A stretch of DNA of 64,000 nt from Pseudomonadales bacterium (GTDB lineage: Bacteria > Pseudomonadota > Gammaproteobacteria > Pseudomonadales > Azotimanducaceae). A program made the translations under genes and the position numbers. Below the pieces are notes generated by a model. The model was given only the letters and a program-made list of their open reading frames with translations. It was not told the DNA's origin and ran no database searches. Of the stretch, positions 36,919-45,703 are shown in pieces (position 1 is the stretch's first letter; each line of letters begins with the position of its first letter). The stretch spans positions 1,183,584-1,247,583 of the forward strand of contig OZ241359.1 of NCBI GenBank assembly GCA_965199705.1, read 5' to 3'.

Positions 36919-38391
36919 TCAGCTGCTTTTTTCCTCGCGCATGCGGATGCGCAGATTGCGGATCTTCTGATCGAGTCTGGCGATCGCCTTGACGTCCTCC
37001 AGGCTGGTCAGGCGTCGGGCGTATTGCAGATGCTGCAACGCCTTGCCAAAGGCGGCGTGTAGCTGAAAGTACTCGGCGCGCGCGAGATGCACGCCGATGA
37101 TGTTTCCGGCCTGGCCCGCCACTTCCGCGAGTTCGAACCAGACGTCCACGTCATCGGTTTGCTCGCGGCTCAACCGGGTCAGTACCTGTTCCGCTTCGGG
37201 GTAGCGACCCTCTTCGATCAAGGCGCGTGCGTGCAGCATCGACAGTGGCGCATTGCCGGGATTGAGCTTCAACTCGGCCCGCACCAGGGGAATCGCCTGC
37301 TCGGTTCTGTCGGCATCAATCAGGATTTCCGCCAGGGCGGCGGTGTACAGGATGTTGCGCGGATTGGCCGTTCGGATGTGATCGGCCAGGGCGATGGCTT
37401 CGTCGAATTCATCCAGGGCCACGAGCGCCAGCGCCAGGCCATACTGGGCGCCCGTGTCGTCCGGGTTGGCGGCAAGTTCCTGCTCGAACGCCTTGCGTGC
37501 GCCCTGCGCGGATTCGGCGAAATGCATACGCGTTCGCGCCCGCATCATCCGGTAGTCGGGTGACTCGAGCCGAGGCTCGTGCGCGTGCGACTGAGCCTGA
37601 TTGCGCGTGTCGGCGATGCGGGTTTCACTCAATGGGTGGGTGAGCAGGAATTCCGGTGGTCGCTGGCTGAATCGGTAGGCGCGGTGCATGCGCTCGAACA
37701 TCCGTACCATGCCCTGTGGATCGAAGCCGGCGCGCACCAGCGTGTTCAGGCCGATGCGGTCCGCTTCCTGCTCGCGGCTTCGGCTGTAGCGCAGCATGTT
37801 GGCTTCGGATGCGGCCTGAACGCCGCTGATCGCTGCGATGCCAGCATCGCCACCCCCGGCGATGCCGATCATGACCGCCGCCAGCATACCCGCCATCGCG
37901 ATCAGCCCCTGGCCGCGCTGCACTTCCACGCCTCGGGCGAAGTGGCGTTGGCTCAGGTGCGCCAGTTCATGCGCCATGACGGCCGAGTACTCGTGTTCGT
38001 CCTCTGCGTGCAGGAGCAATCCCAGATTCACGCCAATCACTCCGCCGGGCGCAGCAAAGGCGTTGATCTCTTCGTTGTCGATCAGCACCAGCTTCAGATG
38101 AACTGCATCCAGGTCGCTGCTTTCGGCCAGCCGCGACAGGTTTCCGCCCATGTAGTACTTGAGGATGGGATCGTCGATCGTGGGCAGGGAGGCGCGTACC
38201 CGACGCAGGAAGTCATCTCCTATCTGACGCTCCGCCTCCGGTGAGATCAGGCTCGACGAGGCGTCTCCCAGGGCAGGCAGGTCGTCCCGGTCCTGGCATG
38301 GGGCCGGCGCTGACGCCAGCAGAAGCGTGGCCAGCAGGATCAGGCCAGACCAGGACATGGCGCCAGCCCGCCGATTGCTGCCTTGAAACAT
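36919..38391 (-). CDS. bepA: M48 family metalloprotease with C-terminal TPR domain (BepA/YfgC-like)
   Basis: ORF 36919..38499. Likely start is ATG 38391 or 38358, giving the signal peptide ...MSWSGLILLATLLLASAPAP. HELAHLSQRH zinc motif, with TPR-like repeats in the C-terminal half. The upstream ORF extension is occupied by a repeat element. Confidence 0.8.
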   Translation of the reverse strand: MFQGSNRRAGAMSWSGLILLATLLLASAPAPCQDRDDLPALGDASSSLISPEAERQIGDDFLRRVRASLPTIDDPILKYYMGGNLSRLAESSDLDAVHLKLVLIDNEEINAFAAPGGVIGVNLGLLLHAEDEHEYSAVMAHELAHLSQRHFARGVEVQRGQGLIAMAGMLAAVMIGIAGGGDAGIAAISGVQAASEANMLRYSRSREQEADRIGLNTLVRAGFDPQGMVRMFERMHRAYRFSQRPPEFLLTHPLSETRIADTRNQAQSHAHEPRLESPDYRMMRARTRMHFAESAQGARKAFEQELAANPDDTGAQYGLALALVALDEFDEAIALADHIRTANPRNILYTAALAEILIDADRTEQAIPLVRAELKLNPGNAPLSMLHARALIEEGRYPEAEQVLTRLSREQTDDVDVWFELAEVAGQAGNIIGVHLARAEYFQLHAAFGKALQHLQYARRLTSLEDVKAIARLDQKIRNLRIRMREEKSS

Positions 38392-38410
38392 CCTGGCTGG
38401 TTCGTGCATG

Positions 38411-38577
38411 CCAGGAGCCTGCGCCGCAGGAAGTCGCAAAAGCGAAAATTTGATTTCGCCGCCCCTTTGGACGGGCGATTGAGGAGAATATCCGGCCATA
38501 TTTGACGAAATCGAACGTTCAAAGGGGCGAGTGAAAGCGGATTTGCAGCCGTGAATTTCTGCGGCGCAGGCTCCTGG
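38411..38577. repeat. MITE/BIME-like palindromic element (167 bp) built from two inverted ~80-bp arms
   Basis: Terminal inverted repeats CCAGGAGCCTGCGCCGCAGGAA (38411-38432) and TTCTGCGGCGCAGGCTCCTGG (38557-38577), matching 21/22 over the full 22-nt comparison (38556-38577). The internal CGCCCCTTTG block is also inverted. The left arm recurs at 45629-45702. Confidence 0.6.
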
Positions 38578-38703
38578 GGAGTATATGCGACAACGCGATT
38601 CCTGTTTCAGGGGCGCGCTGGTGACGCCACCGGGCCGGCGCGTGCATGGCGCGCAGCAATTCTCATGTTGGCATTTCGGGTGTTGGAGTGTTGGGTCCAG
38701 ATG

Positions 38704-39828
38704 TCAACCGCCCATTCGCGCAAGCAACGAAGCGCCGTCCTCGCACTCGATGATCCACTCTCCTGCCGCGGCCAGACGCTCCGAGTCGGAAACGCCCGCC
38801 AGCAATGCGCCGAAACGCTTCGCCGTATCGCCGCCAAACCGCAGCGCAACCTGACGCTCAAGCAGGGTGCGCTCCCGAGCCAACGCTTTCGCCTCGCCTT
38901 CAGCCTTGCCTCGGGCCTCCCCCTTCTCAATTAGCTGCTGCTTCCATAGCGCCACCCGCTCAGCCGGGTCAGCCGGTTGTCGCACCACCTCGTCGGTCGA
39001 TTCCCTCAGCCTGACCAGTTTCATAAGCCACTCCTCCTCGTCCCCTATATCCGCACTTCGAACCCATGCCTCCAGCCAACGCTGCAGCACATCCAAAAGA
39101 CTGCCATCTTCCACCCCGGAAAGCCACTGCAAACAGCGCTCCACTACACGCTTCAGGTCTTCTGGACTGGTCAGACCCTCAATCCACGCCAGCAGCGTCG
39201 CCGCATTGCCTTCCGGCAGTTCCTCGCCCAACAGGGCCTGTTGATCGACCAGAACATAGCCGTCTCCCACCAGACCCATCGGCCCCACATGCGCGCCCAA
39301 CGCTCCGGGCTTGCCGGTTTCACCCTCTGCCTGTGCTGATACATCCGCTGACGCCGCCTCCATCCCGCCTGGGCGCGTCAGGGCCGACAGGTTCAGCGGC
39401 GCATGCCATGGACTGGAACCGTTGTAGAGCACAATCGGTAGCACTGGCGGGACCGGGTTGCTGGCGCTGAACGGTTTTTCCTTGTGCAGAGCAAGGTAAA
39501 GCAGGGTCGCATAGCTCTGCACTCGTGCGGCCATCATCCAGTCTGAGCGAGATTGAAATTCCAGCATCACCAGGATGTGCAGCCAGTGCGGTTCATCGTG
39601 TTCGCTGTCCGCGGAAGTCGGTTGCAAGGCGACCCGCCAGGCCATGTCGCCGAATCGCTGTTCCAGATTGTCGGTCAGATACTCACTGGGCAGCCGTTCC
39701 AGCGTATCCAAGCGCAGGCGGCGGAGAATGGGCAGGCGGTCGCCCACCAATTCCTTGAGTAGAACAAGCTGATCGCGGATCATGCGCGGATGCGCGAAGG
39801 CGGCCTTGTAGGTGGCGTCGTGCTGCAT
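38704..39828 (-). CDS. Rpn family recombination-promoting nuclease / putative transposase (PD-(D/E)XK, YhgA-like) with DUF4351-like C-terminal tail
   Basis: ORF 38704..40188. Start ATG 39828 (MQHDATYKAAFAHPRMIRDQL...), because the upstream extension is antisense to the tusA-like gene. HILVMLEFQSRSD and PPVLPIVLYNGSSPW are typical of the family. Confidence 0.75.
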   Translation of the reverse strand: MQHDATYKAAFAHPRMIRDQLVLLKELVGDRLPILRRLRLDTLERLPSEYLTDNLEQRFGDMAWRVALQPTSADSEHDEPHWLHILVMLEFQSRSDWMMAARVQSYATLLYLALHKEKPFSASNPVPPVLPIVLYNGSSPWHAPLNLSALTRPGGMEAASADVSAQAEGETGKPGALGAHVGPMGLVGDGYVLVDQQALLGEELPEGNAATLLAWIEGLTSPEDLKRVVERCLQWLSGVEDGSLLDVLQRWLEAWVRSADIGDEEEWLMKLVRLRESTDEVVRQPADPAERVALWKQQLIEKGEARGKAEGEAKALARERTLLERQVALRFGGDTAKRFGALLAGVSDSERLAAAGEWIIECEDGASLLARMGG

Positions 39829-40006
39829 GGCGACCACTGTGCACTGCGAAACCGGCCTTGCATGTGCGACATAACGCCAATTCGTGTGCGAAATGGACCT
39901 GGCCAAAGCCCCGACACCAACGCAACGAAGGGTCTCACCGAGGCCCGAAATCGCCACCCAAATGAGAATTGCTGCATGGCGCGGCGCATGTGCGACAATG
40001 CCGGAC

Positions 40007-40237
40007 ATGTCTGATGTCGTTGTCGATGCGGTCGGCCTTGGTTGTCCCATGCCGTTGCTGAAGGCGAAGCAGGCGTTGAACCGGATGCAACCCGGGCAGC
40101 GTCTGCTGGTGCTGGCGACGGACCCCGGATCCGTGCGCGATTTTGAAGTCTTCTCCGCGCAAAGCGGGCATCGGCTTGTGGAATCCACGCAGACCGGGTC
40201 CGGCTTTCGTTACCTGCTGGAGCGCAAGGCAGGCTGA
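40007..40237 (+). CDS. tusA: TusA/SirA family sulfurtransferase
   Basis: 76 aa from ATG 40007. VDAVGLGCPMPLLKAKQALNRMQPGQRLLVLATDPGSVRDF aligns with the E. coli TusA LDALGLRCPEPVMMVRK...GETLLIIADDPATTRDI pattern (CPxP active-site Cys). Confidence 0.75.
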   Translation: MSDVVVDAVGLGCPMPLLKAKQALNRMQPGQRLLVLATDPGSVRDFEVFSAQSGHRLVESTQTGSGFRYLLERKAG

Positions 40238-40284
40238 TGCATCGCTGTACGCGCCGCGCCTGACGGTTTCCGTCCGTACGCAAC

Positions 40285-41367
40285 ATGCAGTTCCTGGAGA
40301 TCATTCGCGCCTGGGTCAACCGCTACTTTTCCAATGAGGAAGCGGTGCTGCTGGTGGTGGTGCTCGCGCTCGGGTTCGGCCTGGTGCTGCTGTTTGGCGG
40401 CAGCCTGGCGCCGGTCCTTGCAGGGCTGGTGTTTGCCTTTCTGTTGCAGGGCCTTGTGCGTCAGCTGGTCGCCTGGCGCGTGCCGGAGCCAGCGGCGGTG
40501 TGGCTCACCTTCCTGCTGTTCCTCGGCGGCTTGACCGGCGCCGTTCTGGTGCTGGCGCCCTTGATCTGGCAACAGATGATCGCCTTGTCTCAGGGCTTGC
40601 CGGCGCTGGTGGAACGTGTCGCCGAGGTGATGAACATGGCCACCCAGGCCTTTCCGGCGCTGGCCGAGCAGGAGGCGCTGCAAACCTGGCTGGAAGAGCC
40701 GCTGCGCCAGTTGGGGCAACTGAGCATATCGACCCTGGAGGCGGTGGTGACCAATGCGCCTTCTCTGGTATGGGTGCTGGTGTATCTGGTGCTGACGCCG
40801 ATTTCCGTGTTCTTCTTCCTGCGCGACCGGCGCCGGATTGTCGGCTGGGTAACCGGCTTCCTGCCGGCGCAGCGGCCGCTGATGCAAGGCATCGGCGCTG
40901 AAATGAACCAGCAACTGGCCAACTACGTGCGCGGCAAGTTTGTCGAAATCCTGATTGTGGCGGCGGTAACCTGGCTTGCGTTTACCCTGCTCGGCCTGAA
41001 TTATGCGGCCCTGCTCGGTTTGCTGGTCGGCATTTCCGTGCTGGTGCCCTTTGTTGGCGCAGCCGTGGTGGCGCTGCCGGTGGCCCTGGTTGGCGTTTTG
41101 CAGTTCGGCTGGTCCTGGGATCTGGCCTGGGTGATGCTGGTCTATGCCCTGATCCAGGCGCTCGACGGCAATGTGCTCGTACCGCTTCTCTTTTCCGAAG
41201 CCGTTGACTTGCATCCTGTCCTGATTATTGTGGCGGTATTGGTATTTGGCGGTATCTGGGGGGTCTGGGGCGTGTTCTTTGCGATTCCTCTCGCCACGCT
41301 CCTGAAAGCCATTCATAATGCCTGGCCTCGGCAACCGATTGGCGAGCACGAAACGGACGGGTCCTGA
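40285..41367 (+). CDS. AI-2E family transporter (PerM/UPF0118)
   Basis: 360-aa multi-TM ORF. FFFLRDRRRIVGWVTGFLP and the C-terminal GGIWGVWGVFFAIPLA are typical of the family. Confidence 0.8.
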   Translation: MQFLEIIRAWVNRYFSNEEAVLLVVVLALGFGLVLLFGGSLAPVLAGLVFAFLLQGLVRQLVAWRVPEPAAVWLTFLLFLGGLTGAVLVLAPLIWQQMIALSQGLPALVERVAEVMNMATQAFPALAEQEALQTWLEEPLRQLGQLSISTLEAVVTNAPSLVWVLVYLVLTPISVFFFLRDRRRIVGWVTGFLPAQRPLMQGIGAEMNQQLANYVRGKFVEILIVAAVTWLAFTLLGLNYAALLGLLVGISVLVPFVGAAVVALPVALVGVLQFGWSWDLAWVMLVYALIQALDGNVLVPLLFSEAVDLHPVLIIVAVLVFGGIWGVWGVFFAIPLATLLKAIHNAWPRQPIGEHETDGS

Positions 41368-41398
41368 AGCGGATCTGAAGAGTTCAAGGAGGGTTCAA

Positions 41399-44300
41399 AT
41401 GACTAGAATTTTATCGACGCTGGCGGTTGCAGGCGCGCTGCTGACGGCACAGGGCGGTCTGGCCCAGGAAGCCGGGACGGCGCAGGGTTCGGGGGGGGGG
41501 GCATCCCGAGGCGGTGCGGTGGAAGAGGTGATCGTCACCGCGCAGCGCACCGCAGAGAGCATCCAGGACGTGCCCATTGCGGTGACGGCGCTCACCGGGC
41601 AGATGCTGGAGGACGCGCAGATCATTACCCCGTCTGACCTGCAGATGAACGCGCCCAGCGTCAGCTTCACGCCTACCAACTTCGGCGGCTCCAGTATCAG
41701 CATCCGCGGCATTGGCCGTCTGGTGATCGCCAGCACCGGCGAATCCGGGGTTTCCACGCACATCAACGAAGTGCCACTCAGCACCAACCTGAACGCCATC
41801 GAGTTCTACGACATGGAGCGGGTCGAGATACTGCGCGGCCCGCAGGGCACGCTCTATGGCCGCAACGCCACCGGCGGCGCAATCAACCTGGTCACCGCCA
41901 TGCCGGACTACGAGCAGCTTGGCGGCTTTGTTGACGCCGAGGTGGGAGACTACAACCACTTTCGCGTCAAGGCGGCGCTGAACATGCCCTTCGGCAACCG
42001 GGCCGGGCTGCGCCTGGCTGGCTTCAAGCTGGACCGGGACGGCTACATCGAAAATCTGGCGCATGAGGCAGTCGGCGCCAACGGCTCCACCATTCCCGGC
42101 ATTGACGACGACATCGACGGCCGTGACATCCTCTCCTGGCGGGCGACCTTCGCCTTCGATCTGACGGATCAGACAAGTGGCTGGGTGCAATACAGTCGCT
42201 TCGAGGAAGATTCCGACCGGGCGCGCATCACCAATCAGGTATGCAAGCGCAACACCCTGCCCACCACCGGCTGCGTGGCGGACGAATTCGGCTTTGACGC
42301 GCCGCATCTCGGCGCCACCACAGGCGGCATTTTCGGCGGTCTGGTCGGCGCCCTGCCGCTCGGCGCGGATGGCTCGGATCCGTCGCTATTCAATTATCCA
42401 GCGCCGCAACTCGACGGCTTTCGGCAGATGTTCACCGACATGGATCCGGTCTATCAGTCGGAGGAGGATCTGGTCCTCGTCGGGTTCGAGCATGAGGCGA
42501 GCGCCTTTACCGTTGGCCTCCTTGGCGCCTGGCAGCAGACCGAATTCTTCTCTCGCCAGGATTATCTGATGGATGTGGGGGCGAATCTTGGCTCCACGCC
42601 GCTCAATCCGGCCGGCCTCTGGCCGACTTCCGAACCTGCGGGCGGCGCCGGCGACGATTGGCGCCCCGGCCCCTGCAACCTCAATGACGGCACCACCGGC
42701 GTTTTTGGCGGCTGCATCCTGGACGTGGACCAGACCCGCGTCTTCTCCTACGACCAGGCGGATAACTCCTCTGAATACTGGACTGTCGAAGGCCGCATTC
42801 AGACGACGTTTGATGGCCCGTTCAACTTCCAGGTCGGCGCCAGCACCTATGACACGGAATCCAACGGGGACTACTACGTGCTCGCCAACACGCTCGACAT
42901 GGTGAGCCTCTATGGCGCCCCGGCCATCGGCTTTCCGCCGCTCTATCCGGGATACTTCAACAACACGGGCGACCCCAGCGGCGGCACCCTGCAGGACGGC
43001 TGGGCCGTATTCGGCGAAGCCTACTTTGATGTCAATGATCGGGTGAAGATCACTGCCGGCCTGCGTTACAACGAAGACAACAAGGAAGTGAAGGACACCA
43101 GTGTTCTCTTCAATGCCGTCAACAGTCAGGCAGTCGCACTCGGGTTGTCGAGCGCGCTCGCGCAAACACAATTGATGTCGCCGGATATCGCGATAGCCCT
43201 GGATTTGCTGGATCCGAACTATCTGGCCAATGCGCCGGCCTGGACGCGGTTGGACACCCTGAACATGCTGCTTGGCCCGCTTATGCCGTCCTCCACCACA
43301 GAAGAAGCGCTGGCCCGGGAAGATGCGCTTCTGCGGCTGTATGGCGCGACCGACGAGCAGCTGGCGGCGGTGGCGGCGACGCCTTCATTCAGCGCGGAGC
43401 GGGTCGCGCTCGTCAGCATGGTGCCGCTCGTGCCGCAATTCGGCGAGACGCGAACGCTCACCGGCAGCCCGAGCACCGCCAGCTGGAAGGAGATCAGCGG
43501 CCGTGTCGGCATCGACTGGCAGGTCACGGATACCTCCATGATCTACGGCTTCTTCAGCCGGGGCTACAAACCAGGCGGCTTCAACCCGGCCATTCCGCCT
43601 GCCTTCCAGGCCACATCAAGCTTTACGTTCGAAGCCGAAGAAGTGAACTCGATTGAAATCGGCGTCAAGAACACCCTGGCCGACGGCCAGCTGGTGTTGA
43701 ACGGCTCCGCCTTCCTGTACGACTATGGCGGCTTGCAGGTTACCCGCATCGCCAACAACACCTCGCTGAACGACAATGTGGACGCCAACATCATGGGCGT
43801 TGAACTCGAAGGCATGTGGCGCCCCGAAGCGGCGCCCGGGCTTCAGGCCGATTTCGCCTACAGCTGGTTGAACTCCGAAGTGGACGGCACGGAATCCCAG
43901 GATCCGTTGAACCGCACCGCCGGCAATTCGGACTACATCCTGCTGAAGAACATTGACCCTGGCTCCCTGACTGGCGTGACCTACATCGCCCGCGAATCGG
44001 ATATCAATGCGGGCATCGTCGGCGCTGCCATTGGCGCCGGCGCCACTCTGCCGCTTCCCGGAACCACCTACGCCCCGAATGCTGACGGCGTGGTGATTCC
44101 GGCCTACTTCTCGCGCGAGTTCCTGGACGCCGTGGGCGTGGAGACGCTGGACGGCCTGCCGGTGAATCTCGACGGCAACGCTTTGCCGAACTCTCCGGAA
44201 CACACGCTGCGGCTGGGCCTGGCCTATACCTTCAATGTCGAGGCGTTGCGCGGCTCTCTCACCGCCCGGTGGGACTTCTACTGGCAAGGCGAATCCTATG

Positions 44301-44539
44301 CCCGGGAGTTCAATACCATTGGCGATGAAATCGACAGCTGGAGCCAGCACAACGCTTCGTTGATCTACGAGAGCAACGACGGGCGCTGGCAGTTGCGTGC
44401 CTGGGTGCGCAATCTTGCCAACGACGACAATGTCACCGGCAAGTACCTGACGTCTGACACCTCCGGGTTCTACCGCAACTACTTCCTGACCGAGCCGCGG
44501 ATTTACGGCGCTTCCGTGCGCTTCAACTTCAGTCAGTAG
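41399..44539 (+). CDS. TonB-dependent receptor (large, 1,046 aa)
   Basis: ORF 41318..44539. ATG 41399 follows AAGGAGGG. Signal peptide MTRILSTLAVAGALLTAQGGLAQ. Plug region EEVIVTAQRTAESIQDVPIAVTAL and VEILRGPQGTLYGRNATGGAINL. The C-terminus ends ...YGASVRFNFSQ. Confidence 0.9.
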   Translation: MTRILSTLAVAGALLTAQGGLAQEAGTAQGSGGGASRGGAVEEVIVTAQRTAESIQDVPIAVTALTGQMLEDAQIITPSDLQMNAPSVSFTPTNFGGSSISIRGIGRLVIASTGESGVSTHINEVPLSTNLNAIEFYDMERVEILRGPQGTLYGRNATGGAINLVTAMPDYEQLGGFVDAEVGDYNHFRVKAALNMPFGNRAGLRLAGFKLDRDGYIENLAHEAVGANGSTIPGIDDDIDGRDILSWRATFAFDLTDQTSGWVQYSRFEEDSDRARITNQVCKRNTLPTTGCVADEFGFDAPHLGATTGGIFGGLVGALPLGADGSDPSLFNYPAPQLDGFRQMFTDMDPVYQSEEDLVLVGFEHEASAFTVGLLGAWQQTEFFSRQDYLMDVGANLGSTPLNPAGLWPTSEPAGGAGDDWRPGPCNLNDGTTGVFGGCILDVDQTRVFSYDQADNSSEYWTVEGRIQTTFDGPFNFQVGASTYDTESNGDYYVLANTLDMVSLYGAPAIGFPPLYPGYFNNTGDPSGGTLQDGWAVFGEAYFDVNDRVKITAGLRYNEDNKEVKDTSVLFNAVNSQAVALGLSSALAQTQLMSPDIAIALDLLDPNYLANAPAWTRLDTLNMLLGPLMPSSTTEEALAREDALLRLYGATDEQLAAVAATPSFSAERVALVSMVPLVPQFGETRTLTGSPSTASWKEISGRVGIDWQVTDTSMIYGFFSRGYKPGGFNPAIPPAFQATSSFTFEAEEVNSIEIGVKNTLADGQLVLNGSAFLYDYGGLQVTRIANNTSLNDNVDANIMGVELEGMWRPEAAPGLQADFAYSWLNSEVDGTESQDPLNRTAGNSDYILLKNIDPGSLTGVTYIARESDINAGIVGAAIGAGATLPLPGTTYAPNADGVVIPAYFSREFLDAVGVETLDGLPVNLDGNALPNSPEHTLRLGLAYTFNVEALRGSLTARWDFYWQGESYAREFNTIGDEIDSWSQHNASLIYESNDGRWQLRAWVRNLANDDNVTGKYLTSDTSGFYRNYFLTEPRIYGASVRFNFSQ
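41491..41501 (+). repeat. homopolymeric G(11) tract inside the TonB-dependent receptor coding sequence
   Basis: tcGGGGGGGGGGGca read directly. It encodes S-G-G-G-A at codons ~31-35, just after the predicted signal peptide. Confidence 0.9.
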
Positions 44540-44566
44540 GGGCAGGTCAGAGAGTCGGCGACACGC

Positions 44567-45622
44567 ATGTCCGGGGCACAGGGCGACTGGCGGGAGTCGC
44601 CTCAGGCGGATGAGGATCTGGCGTTTCAGGCGAGGGCGCTGGAGGGGGTGTCACGCACCTTCGCCCTGACCATCCCGCGCCTGCCCGGTTCGCTGCAGCA
44701 CGAGGTCGGCAATGCCTATCTGCTGTGCCGCATTGCCGATACCATCGAGGACGATCCCGACCTCCCTGCCGACGCCAAGGAGGCATATCTCGCCCGCTTT
44801 GCGCAGACCGTGGCGGGCGATGCCTCGGTCGATGAATTTGCCCGCGATCTCTCTGCCTGTCTGTCTCCCGAGGCGCCGGCGGCAGAGCGGGAGCTGGTGC
44901 AGAACAGCGTGCGGGTGCTGCGGATTTTCGACAGCTTCGGCGCCGAGCAGCAGCAGGCGATCAGCCGCTGCGTGCGCATCATGACCGGGGGCATGGCCGA
45001 GTTTCAGCATCAGGCTTCCAACGCCGGCCTGGCGGACTGGCCGGACTTCAGCCGCTACTGTTACTACGTGGCAGGCGTGGTCGGCGAGATGCTCACCGAT
45101 CTGATGTGCGCATCCTCGCCGTCGATTCGCGCCCGGCGCGAAGAACTGTATCGTCTCTCCACGCGCTTCGGTCAGGGCTTGCAGATGGTCAACATCATCA
45201 AGGACGTCTGGGCGGACCGGCGCCGTGGCGTATGCTGGCTGCCGCGCGATGTATTCCAGGAAACCGGCATCGAACTCGCCGGCCTGGGTGAGGCCGATAC
45301 GACCCTGGCCGACGGGATGCAGAACCTGACAGAGCGGGCCTTCGGTTGTCTGGCGGACGGCTTGCGCTTCACCCTGCTGATTCCACGCAATCAGGTGGGT
45401 ATTCGCCGGTTCTGCCTGCTGAGCCTGGGCCTTGCCGTGATGACCCTGCGTCGCATCCACGACAATCCGGGGTTTACCGATGGCAGTCAGGTGAAGGTTT
45501 CTCGCCGCACCGTCTGGACCACAGTTGGCCTCACCAGCCTGCTGACGCGATCCAACGCGGCGCTCAGGGCCCTGTTTGCGGTGCTCGCCGGCGGTGGCAA
45601 CCGGCTGGTGGCCTCCGCCTGA
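44567..45622 (+). CDS. squalene/phytoene synthase family protein
   Basis: 351-aa ORF. LEGVSRTFALTIPRLPGSLQHEVGNAYLLCRIADTIEDD (first Asp-rich region context) and YCYYVAGVVGEMLT... are typical of trans-isoprenyl diphosphate synthase head-to-head enzymes. Confidence 0.7.
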   Translation: MSGAQGDWRESPQADEDLAFQARALEGVSRTFALTIPRLPGSLQHEVGNAYLLCRIADTIEDDPDLPADAKEAYLARFAQTVAGDASVDEFARDLSACLSPEAPAAERELVQNSVRVLRIFDSFGAEQQQAISRCVRIMTGGMAEFQHQASNAGLADWPDFSRYCYYVAGVVGEMLTDLMCASSPSIRARREELYRLSTRFGQGLQMVNIIKDVWADRRRGVCWLPRDVFQETGIELAGLGEADTTLADGMQNLTERAFGCLADGLRFTLLIPRNQVGIRRFCLLSLGLAVMTLRRIHDNPGFTDGSQVKVSRRTVWTTVGLTSLLTRSNAALRALFAVLAGGGNRLVASA

Positions 45623-45628
45623 TCCTGG

Positions 45629-45702
45629 CCTCAATCGCCCGTCCAAAGGGGCGGCGAAATCAAATTTTCGCTTTTGCGACTTCTTACGGCGCAGGCTCCT
45701 GG
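45629..45702. repeat. single 74-bp copy of the repeat arm seen at 38411-38484 (inverse orientation)
   Basis: 72/74 identical to the reverse complement of 38411-38484. It fills almost the entire convergent intergenic gap (45623-45703). It contains hairpins CGCCC-N8-GGGCG and GCGAAA-N6-TTTCGC followed by TTTT. Confidence 0.6.
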
Positions 45703-45703
45703 G

